A stretch of 64,000 nucleotides of DNA from Cyanophora paradoxa CCMP329. Taxonomy: Eukaryota; Plantae; Glaucophyta. A model generated the notes under the pieces. The model saw only the letters and a program-made list of their open reading frames with translations. It did not search any database and was not told where the DNA came from. A program made the translations under genes and the position numbers. Numbering within the stretch: position 1 is the stretch's first letter; each line of letters starts with the position of its first letter. Of this stretch, positions 38,975-49,523 are shown piece by piece. The DNA lies in contig QPMI01000494.1 in the NCBI GenBank assembly GCA_004431415.1, forward strand, positions 558,001 through 622,000, in the 5' to 3' direction.

Positions 38975-39894
38975 CCTTCAACAAGATGCTTCGGAGCGCC
39001 TCCAGGCCGGCCAGCTGCTCTTCGATGGGTTCTCGCACGCCGCCGCCGCCCGTGGGGCTTCGGATCGCCTTTACGAGCTCTTTGACCACCAACAGCTGTT
39101 CAAAACGCTGCCGCCGACGCAGATGGGCAGAAAGTTCCCTGCGAGCGGGGTACAGCCTTCCAAAGTTTGCGAGCCCTATCTAGGCGCAGCCAGCCTGCGG
39201 GGAGAGCCGGGCTGCAGCATCGTGGATGCGTGAGTGCCCGGCTAGCTACGCGAATGCAGGCTGCAGCACCCTGAAGACTCCGCGAGCTTTCGATTGAGGA
39301 TAACCCCAGTTCGATCGTGTTGCAGCTGCAGACTGCAACTGCTGCATCAGGGACGCTGTTTTCAGTTCATCTCTTCGGATTCCCCGCCCTGAGCGATCCG
39401 GGCTTCTCGCCTGTTGCCCCGTAGCCGTTTCTGGCCGCACGTCGCGCGCGAGGACTCCGGGAGAGGAAGCTGCAGCACATTCATTCAGTAGCTAACGAGA
39501 GGAGGCCTCCGTTCGCACCGGTTGCGGCTCCCTTCATCGCCCCGGACCTCGCGACGACGTTCGATCCTGCAGCTGGCTCCCTCCCCTCGATCCCGTGCGC
39601 CGCGCTCGCCTCCCGCCGCATCGCAGTTCTCGCCCTGCCATAGATCTGATAAGAGAAAGAGCAGCCATGGACCTGGAACGCCCCGCCCGCCGCTTGTAGC
39701 GGCATGCGGTCCTCGATGGAGTTCGAGAGGACCGGCCGCGGGTCGCCAGCGCCGGCGCCGGCGTCGCACCACATGCGGGACTCTAGCGAGCTAAGGCACA
39801 GGAATGCCGCGCACAGCGCGGTGCAGTCGCGTGCGCATAGTCCGGCCGCGCGCGTGCGGGCGCGAGCCGCGGCCGCGGCCGGCGCCGGAGGCAA
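38910..39894 (-). CDS. Possible small spliced hypothetical gene
   Basis: Helical-looking frame ELSAHLRRRQRFEQLLVVKELVKAIRSP...EEQLAGLEALRSILLKD after a CGCAG acceptor, plus upstream ORFs at 39246-39894. No coherent gene model could be built. Confidence 0.2.
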
Positions 39895-40056
39895 TGCGGC
39901 AATGCGGCAAATCCCGTCCGTCTTCAGCCTCCCATTGGGGGCGGACAGGAAAACGCTCCAACACTACTTGGACTTTGGTTCGTTCGAATCCGATCGCTTT
40001 GCCCGTTGGATCCGCTGCTGCGCGCGCGCTGAGCAGTCCGCTGAGCAGACCCCGAA

Positions 40057-43000
40057 ATGGCGAGGAGGGAAGACGCCGCGGCGCATTCCACGCTAGTGCA
40101 GCTGCTCAGGAAGCTCGAGAAGGTCGCTTTCTCAGTCCTCTTTTACCTAACGGATCGTGCGTACCCCCCTTCACCCCCCGTGCGCGGCTAACTCGCACCT
40201 GTACCCAGGCACGGGCAGGTCGCCCGGCTTCTGGACCCGCATCTTCATCCCCTACGCCTTCCTGTTCTACGACTGTACCCTCCCCGCGCCCCCGCGGGCC
40301 GCTCGCGTACCCCCTTGACCCCTTCTTCGCCGCATGCGCAGTCACGCAGCTTATGACCCTCTCGTGCGCACATCGTATCCCCCTTTCCCTGTTTTCCGTA
40401 CCCTGAATCGGCGCAGGATGCCGCCGCGTTTCCCCGATTCCGCTGGCGCGTGGTTAAGCTACCCCGGGACAGCGGAGAGCATCGTTCGCGCCCGTACCCC
40501 CTCCCCTGCACTACCATCTAACCCCCGTACCCCAGTTCGCATCCGTCCAGTCCTCTTGGTTCGCCAGTATATTTCGGAGCGCGGGTACGACATCTCGCGA
40601 ATCTTTTGACGATCCAAATCTTCGATTGAGTTCTCCGCAGCCATTTTTTGGTCGGCCGCCGTCTTCATCATATTCACGTACTGCCTCACGGGATACGGTA
40701 CCCCCATTCGCTCCGATCCCTCTCCTCCTTCGCTCACTCTGATCCGTCGCGCAGTGTTCTACATGAGCGGTACCCCCCCTTTCCCCCGCCCGGAATCGAG
40801 ATCTGTACCCCCCAACTCCCCCCCCCAGTCACGCAGTCGCTGCGGGTCTTCCCGCTGCGGCTCCTAAGAATGATCGCGTCCTTCCTCGTCGACGCGTCGT
40901 TCATCCCGGCCACCCAGGTACCCCCCCCCCTGCCTACCTACGTACCCGCCCCCTCTAGAGCGAACTTTTACGTGTTCAAACGATTACCTATAGCCACCAA
41001 TGCAATCACAAGTGTAACACCGCCGCAGATTCTGGCCCAGCCGCTGGCTTGTTACGTGGCCGACCACGCCCCGGGGCCCGCCGGCGTCGTCCGCGACTCG
41101 GTGCGACGCTGCGCAACGACGTATATATAGTCTTTGGAACGCGTACGCGCGCGCGGGTTGAGGTTTACTCAGCTTCCCGCCTCGCGTAGGTCCTTTCCAG
41201 CATCAGGAACTGCCCCGCGTTCCATGGCCAGGGGGGGAGCCTCGCGCCGGGGTACCTCGCCGTCTCAATCGCCCTCCTCCTCACCTTCGTCGTGCGCTTT
41301 CCTGTACCCCCGATATCATCATCCGCGTACCCCGGCTCCTGACTCGACGACAGCCGTACGCCCTCGTCTTCCGCCTCATCTTCTACGACAGGTGGCGTAC
41401 CCCCCATGAGTTCCGTATACGCAATCCGCCTCTCCCGGTAAAAGATGTACCCCGCAGCTGCCCCGTCTCCTTCGCGAGGGCCGCCCGACCCCACGGGCGC
41501 TTCTCCTTCCTCTACGGTACCCCTCCCGCCCCTCGCCCTTTCGGCATCGCCGTGTACCCCCGGCCCCTCATTTCGGCGCAGCGATCGTGCAGAGTACCAT
41601 GATCTTCGTGAACCTGTTCGTGGGGGCCAGCGTGCGGTCTTCGCAGGTGCCCCCCCCCCCCCCCCCCCCCACCCACCCCCTCTTTCATGTACCCTGACTG
41701 ACCGTCCCTTCTAAAAATAGGCCGTCAACTTCGCGCTGCTCGTCCTCGTCTGCATCTTCATCCAAGTCACCGTACCCTTCTACAGCACCTTCGAGAACTG
41801 CCTGGTTCGAATCCCCCCGGTCCCGTTAACATTTCGTTCCTTCGGCCTATAATTAGCCTGCAGCGCGCCGGGCTCTTTCTGGCTGCCGCCGCCTTTCCCA
41901 TGACGAGCCGCCTCATCGACCTGGCGCCGGAAGGTCCGGTACCCCCTTTCCAGATCAAATTCACTATCTGTTCTAAGATTCTTTTTTGCCCAGGAGACGA
42001 AGCGGCCCTGTTCCACTACGCGTCACTGGCACTCGCCCTCATCGTTCCCTTCTTTGTCTCCGGCGCCACTTTCACATGTGCGTTCTTAAGCTTTCTAGCA
42101 AACTTAAAATAAGATTTATTATATCGAAGAGGTTCGAAGTTGGGCGTCGGATTTGATTTGATCTGATGGGCATGCGCAGTCGTGCGGATATGGCTGGTCG
42201 CCGGCGCGCGCCCGAGGCCGGCCGCGGCGGCGGCCGCTGCGCGATACGCCGCCGCCCCCCAGCCGCGCTCCCTCCCGGGGCTGGGCCTGGCGGGCCTCCA
42301 GAGCCTGAGCCCGGCGCCCTCGACCGCTGCCCCCTCCCCGAGGGCCCGCCCCACGATCCAAGTGCGGCCGGCGCCGCGGCCGCCCGTCGTCCGGATCCCG
42401 GAGGGTGCAGCAGCTACAGACACCGAAGGCGAAGAAGGGGAAGGCGAGGAGGACGGAGAGGGCGCCAGCGTCGCCGCCGACGCCGGCGCCACGGGCGCCG
42501 GCCCCGCCGGGCGGACCTCGCCGCCGCCGCCCCTCAACGCGATCGCGAACAGGGACTCGATCGTCGTGCAGCCGCACCTCGGTCCGCCCCCTCCGAATCC
42601 CCTCCTATCCGCCCCCCCGCCCGCCCGCTTAAGCTCGCCCGCCTGGCCGCCCGCCCGCCCGCCCCCCGGCGCTGGCCGCCCGGCCGGCCGACCGCCCGGC
42701 CGGACGAGGCCGGTTTAAATGTCGCCCGCCCGCCCGGCCGCCCACTCCTGGCTGGCTGGCCGAAGCCAGTTTCGTCTGCTTCTAAAGCTTTCGCCCCCCC
42801 GCCCCCCCGCCCGGCCCGCCCGCCCGCCCGCCCGCCCGCCCAACCGTTTTAGCTTTCGCCCGCCCTCCTGGCTGCCGTACCGAAGCCCGCTCCTCCTTCT
42901 TCTAAGCCTCTCCTGCTCCTCCGCCCGAGCAGGCGGGCGGCTGGCGCGGTCGTGGCTGGGGCAGTGGCTCGTCGCCGGCCTCGACGCCTGCGGCCTCCTC

Positions 43001-46000
43001 TTCTTCGTCGAGTGCCAAGTACGTATACGCGCGAGTCTTCACTCCAAGCTTCTTAAGCGTGCTTAATTATGCGGGCTTCTTTTTGGATTGAGCTTCTTAA
43101 AGATTTTAAGCTTACGCTTAGGTGCGAAGCATATACGTAATAATAAGCTTCTTGAGCTTAATTAGGAGCTTCTTCTAGATCTTTGGATTGATCATGGGAT
43201 TCTTCGCCTCACTCTCACTCGCTGCAGTACGAGGTCCGCGCCCGGGTCGCCCTCCGCAGGCACTGCGACGTCGCCGCGGCCGACGCCATTTACCGGTGAG
43301 ATATTATATAGATTTCCGCCTTTTTCCCAGCGGCTTCTGCCCTTTTCCATGGGCCTGGGCCTGGTCGGCTCGACTAGCTATAGACGGGGTGGCGGGCTCT
43401 TAAACGGAAGGGGACGCCACCGCTCTTAAACGGAAGCTTGCCTGGCGCCTCCGCTTCTTGAATGGCGAAGGCGCCGCGCGCGGCGCCGGCGCCGGTGGGG
43501 ATCGCGATCCAACCGCCTGCCAGCCATCGACGCCTCTCTTTTCTCCCGCGGCCGACCCCGTCTTTGATTGATTTCCCCCTCTGAATTCTCCCGCAGGGAG
43601 GCGATGTACGCGCTGCCGCATTCGGTCTACATTCGTATCCACTACGCCCTCTTCATACGCCGTGCGCTCGAGCGGCCGACGCTGAAGCCGAAGCTTGGGC
43701 CCCCGTCTTAATAGTAATAGAATAAGATTCTGATAGCTATGGTATAATTAGCATCTTTCAGCCGCCTCGATAGTAAGCTGACTAGTACTTTAGATCTCCT
43801 ACACAGACCACAGCCTTGCGATTGCCTTGTAGTAGTTTAAGCCTATAAACTCTAATCGCAATCCGACTCTTCGAAATCCTCTTCTTCGCAGACTACAAGG
43901 GGGACACGGCGATGGCGGCGCAGCGGATGCGCTCGGCGGCGGCCGCGGGGCCCATCGCCTTCGACATGCGCTACCTCGTCTTCGAGAAGCAGCGCCTCTG
44001 GGACCAGGTGGGCTTCTTTCTTTTCAAGCTTCAAGCTTCTTCTAAGAGATTCTTTTAAGCTTGAGCTTCAGCCTCTATTTTTGATCAGCGTCTACTAGTA
44101 TCTGAAGCTCTCGCAGATCGCGCACGGGCAGCACTTGGGGCACACTCTCAACTCGATCTCCATGCTCGAGTTCGAGCAGGTGCGCGCCACGTCGACTCGC
44201 GATCGCTCTCTTAGCTCTTAGAGCGCCCTTATTAAGCTCTTCTTGATTTTTAGAGCTTTTAGTGATTTAGGGCGCTAGCTCGCGACCCGTTCTCTTCTCC
44301 AGCCCGTAAATAGCCTAAGGCCCTTTAACGTTAGGGCGCTTGATGAATGTTTTCTTCTCCAGCCCATCGTATCCGCTCAGGTGTCACTTTGACTTTAATT
44401 TTTCATCCGCCCAGGTGTACGGGACGGCGAAGGCGAAGCACGCCGAGGCGCTCCGGCTCATCCAGCGCTTCTGGGCCGGCGTCGCCCGCAAGCAGAACGG
44501 TGCGCGGGGCCGGGGCGCGAGCTCTAGATCTGTTCGACTTCGATATATATTATTACAAGCTGAAGGTTATAATTCTTAAGGCTCAAAGCTTAGAGCTCTT
44601 AACGGTTCTAGGAGCTTTATTTGCTCTAATCTACATCAATTAGCCGCGCGTGCATGCACGCACGCAAGCCTCGCGCTTCGATCCCGAAACTCATGCTTCG
44701 ATCCCGAGCAGGGAAGTACCTCGTCGGCGCCTCGCACTACGTCTCCCGGGTACGCTTAAATGGCCTTCTCTGCCGACCTCGACCTTCGTGTCTCTCACTC
44801 CGCGCCAGATCTCGGACACGTCGCGCGCCGCAGCCAACTCGTACGAGGCGCTGCTCCGAAAGTACAGGAGCTCCAAGATGCTGCTCCGCACCTACGCCGA
44901 CTTCGTGGCCTCGGTGGGTCCAACGTCAATGCCATTAGAAGGAGCTATAAGAAGAAGCTATAGAAAGAAGCTTACATCGGCCTACTCCAATATTTTGATA
45001 TAAACGCCGCTGATCGAAAACTAATTATAAAAATATATTAGCTTTCGTGAAGCTGATCGGTGTTGTTTAATTTGTTTCTCGTGAAGGTACTCAACGATCC
45101 GGAGCGTTCGCACCAGCTCTACCTGCGAGCCGTACGTTCGAATTTCCGAATTTCCGTTCGGACCTCGGTGTTGCGGCTAATTAATTCGATTTTCGAACGA
45201 ATTCGAAGGACGAGATCGAGGAGCAGGAGGCGGCGCGGTTGGGCGGCGGCGCCGCCAACGGCGGGACCGCGGAGGAGGGGCAGACGGAGGAGGGGACCGG
45301 CGACGGGACGAGCGACGCGCCGGACGCCCTGAGCAGCCAGGGGGGCAGCAGCTCCCAGGTCCGTTTGTTCGTTCGATCCCGAAAGCTAGCGATCGATCCC
45401 GAAATCCGATTCGGCCCACCCTGGCTCCCGGCTTGCAATTGGACGCGCGGGCGCCGATTTCCGATCGAATTTCGTGGCTTCATTGGCCGATTTCCGATCG
45501 AATTTCAGGTGAAGGACGGGGCCGGCGCCGCCAAGAAGAAGAAGAACCGCAACGACGGGTTTCTGAACAACGAGGGCCAGCTCAAGGCCGTCCGCCGCCT
45601 CCACACGGGGTCCGTCCTCTAGACTTTTTAGTTTTAGTTTATCGCTCTGCTTTTTAGTTTGCTTTGCTTTGCTGCTTCCACTTCTTATCTTACTTTGGCG
45701 GATGCGTGGCGGGCGCAGCGCGGCGACGGGGCTGAGCATCCTCGGCGTCGAGGTCGTCTGCTTCTACCTCATCAGCCGCCTGCTGCTCGACAAGATCTCG
45801 GGGGGTCAGTTCGAAGCGGGGTCTAATGATTTCGCCTTGTGGCCATGACTCTGCACGGGATATCTTTGAGCGACCGGTTCCCGGCAGGCCTCACGCGGAT
45901 CACCGACATCGCCTCCCACGCGCGCTCCGTCTCGTCCATCACGGGTATGGCGCCGGCTGCGCTCTCGATTTATTTGCAGGCTTCTTCTTACGCTTTCCCG

Positions 46001-49000
46001 TGCCGCCGCCGGCCAGACCACGCCCGAACCCTCCAGCTCTCGGCGTCGCTGAACTACCCGGCTGTCTACCGGGATGAGGCAAGCGCGCCCGCCCGCGCCT
46101 GGCCGCGCCCGGCCGCGCCCGCGCCCCGCACATAAGCAGCCGCGCGTCATATAAATAAATGATTAACATATGCTGCTGTCTGAAAGATGAACATTAAATA
46201 ACATTCCGGGCCGCAGCTGTCCCGCATGCAGGCGCTCGCCGACGACTTCCGAGAGGCTCACAGGGGCCTCTATTTCGGGAGGTCCGCTTATATAATATAT
46301 TATGCTCACGTTAATCACTCGAGCTCTTGCAATCACAGCCTTTCCCCTCTGTACCTGACTGCAGCTCTTACGTAAACGCAGGCCCGGCGTGCCTCCGTCT
46401 ACATCCCGCGTCATTCAGGTGCCCTGGGCCCTGCCAGGCTTCTGCCAGTGTTGGGCGCTTAAACTGACCTGCTTAAACCTAAAAGCTTACGTTTAGGCTT
46501 CATTGTAAGCTTAAGCTTAAGCGTACGTCTGCTCAACTTCAATGCGCAGGACCTGTGGAACTCGCCGAGCATCGAGTACCAGGTCTACCTGCCGGACGTC
46601 GACGGGGGCAAGCCCTCTCGCGTGCAGCAGAAGGTGCGATAGATTTCATTTAGTCGCATTACTTCACTGTTTGCGATCATATATATGTGATTCGGCACGC
46701 AAATCGATATCGATCCAGGCGGGCCTGTGGGACTTGGGGGCGCTCTTCTACTCCCGGGCGATGGAGTTTCGCGAGGCGCCGGCGGCCGAGCACGCGGGCG
46801 CCGCCACCAACCGCGCCTTCCGCTTCATCCAGGCGCGTTCATTATTGCGTTCGATCCCGAAATCGCGTTCGATCCCGAACTTTCGTTCGATCCCGAACTT
46901 TCGTTCGATCCCGAAATCACGTTTGATCCCGACGTACAGGACGTGGGCGCCCGGCAGCTCACCGAGGTGATACTGCAAGCCGCGCTCCTCTACGAGAACG
47001 AGGTGGGTCGTGTGGCGTTTTTGAAGTTGCACACTGCGCTTTTAGGCGTTACCGTTCGTTCGCTTCCTAATGCGGCCGGCGCCGCCCTTACGCTTTCAAC
47101 GCTGCATGCTGTCCTTTGAAGAGGACGGATGTTGTCCTTTTAATGAAGGATGTATCTATAGCAATAATTCTAATTTATGCCTTTTTGTTTCTCTCTGACC
47201 ACGACCGGCGGTTTCCTTAGATCCTGCAAGACCGGGACTTGACGTTCATCCTGCTGAGCGCCATGGTCCTCGTCGGCCTCACCACCATGTTCTCCACCAT
47301 ACTCCTCGTGGTGTGCCCTGGGTCCCGGCCCGTCCCGTCCGTTAATGTTCCGCACTGGCGGTTCCGATCTAACAGCCTAGCGCGGCGGTGCCGATCTAAC
47401 AGCCTAGCGCGGCGCGCCCCCTGGCCGTGGGTCCCGCAGCCGTCCTCTCCAGATCCTCTCCTACCGAATACATAAAACATGAATGTCTCGTGTCGCAGTT
47501 GAAATTGATCTCACGGCCGCGTAGATCCAGCCGTCGATTCGGCGGGTGCAGCAGACCAAGAGCGGCGTCTCCGACATCCTGAACGTCATTCCCCGCCGAG
47601 GTCAGCGTTTATATTTTCTGAGGCCGTGAGGTCTCTTCATGGACATCTATCTGAGGCTGCGTGCGGGTCGGGCCGGGGTCAGCGCTGCGGAAGATCGCCC
47701 GGCACTACGCGAAGATGCGGCCGCCGGACGTGGAAGAGAGCGACCAGGTCCGACCATATATATAAGCCACTCCATTGTTCCCTATATGCCTTACATAAAA
47801 GAATTCAAAACCCACTCCACATTGATTTTCCTATAATCCTGTCATATAAACCGTGTAGTAGCCGCACTTGACGGAAGCGGCTTCCATGGCCAGGAACTCG
47901 GAGAGGAGTACGTCGTCGAAGAAGACGAGGACGAGGACGAAGGGACCGAGAACTCGACCCGAGCGGCAGCCGCCAGCGCCGGCACCGGAGAGGCGCTCGG
48001 GTCCCGGACCGAGCGCGGTCGTACGGGCGCCGCGGGTGTGGCCGTGCCGCGCAGCACCTCGATGCGGCGGATGCAGTTGGCGGGCGCGGGCCGTCGCAGG
48101 TCCCTCATCAGGCGGTCTCAGTCCATGGTTAACACGAAGGTACGCGCGCTCGCGCCATCTCTTTACAACGTTAACGTTGCATTCGCCTTTCGCCGTTTAT
48201 TTTATTATCTCTAATGGGCTTTTCGTTGTCAGACTCCGGCCGCGGCGCAGAACTCTGTAGATGAAAGTGGAATAAGCATGCTTTCTGGCGCGGCGCAGGC
48301 AGCGGCGGATCGGGAGGCGCCCGTGTACCCCCTGCCCTCCGCGCGCGTGTACCCCGCACCCGCGAGCGGCGGAAGCACGTACGCGTGGCGCCAGGCGGCG
48401 TCGCCGGCGCCGTCGGTGGGGCCCGCCGCCTCCGTGCCCGTGCTGGATATTTCGGGCACCAGCATGGTACGATAAATATATTATACATTCGCATCGCTCG
48501 CCCCTTTATCCGCCTTCCTTCGCTCGTCGCGCTCGGTTTGTATTAATGCATTACACAGACTGGGGCCATGGCGACGTTTTACACTCTGACGACGGTTCGG
48601 GACCTGGAGATTCTCGACGAGCAAAACGCGGCGGCGGAGGGCAGGGCGCAGACGCAGCGGTCTCGCGATCGGACGGAGCGGACCGGCCGCTCGCAGAAGG
48701 GCGGCGCGATCGAAGTGCCGGAGATGGTAGCCCGGTGGGATCCGGACGCCGCGCAGTCGCCAGCCGCAGCGGACACGCCCGATCAGCCCAAGGAGATTCT
48801 AAGCCCGCCGGCGACCGCGCGCTCCACCTCGAACCCCGCCACCGCGCTGCTGCAGCCGATTCAGGATACACGCAGTGCGCATATGCATGCGCCCAGCCTC
48901 TCCGTTTAAATCTCTGCCGCTTAGCGCCCGGCCTTCATATATATAGAAGAGCACGTGGACCTCCATAGAAGAAGCTATAGAAGCAAGGGGGCATATATAA

Positions 49001-49492
49001 GAAAAAGAAGCTATAGAATGAAGCTTATAGATTAAGATCTACATCTCTGCCGCTAAGCGCCCGGCCTCGCCTCGCCTCGCCGCGCAGGCAAGACGAGCAG
49101 GTGGACCTGCTGTACGGCTCGCCCTGCCTGCGGGCCGACGGGGACTGCTCCAAGGCGACCCTCGACTACCTCTCCTCCCTCGTCTCCCACGGCCTCGGTG
49201 ACCTTTGAATTTCCCTTAGCCGCTCCCTTCCTTAGGCTTTAAAACGCTCTAGATCTAAATCTGCGGCGAACATGTTTCTCGTTGTTATTAATGATTTCGA
49301 ACGCTCCGGCAGATTTCTGCATCGAGCAGTTCGTCGGATTCGCGCAGCAGGCGCTGAAGGAGAACAAGGCCTTCACAGAAGGGTGCGACCAGTTACCTTT
49401 GCGCTTGCGTTGACTTTGATACGGCTCAAAATTTGAAAATTCGCGATGACTCTCAGCCTCCTCCCCCCCCCTTTCCCCCCCCCCTCCCCCCC

Positions 49493-49523
<31 letters not shown>

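Noticed and set aside
46849-46931. Regular repeat resembling a CRISPR array
   Set aside because: 18-bp head-to-tail units without unique spacers, inside a eukaryotic intron, with no cas genes
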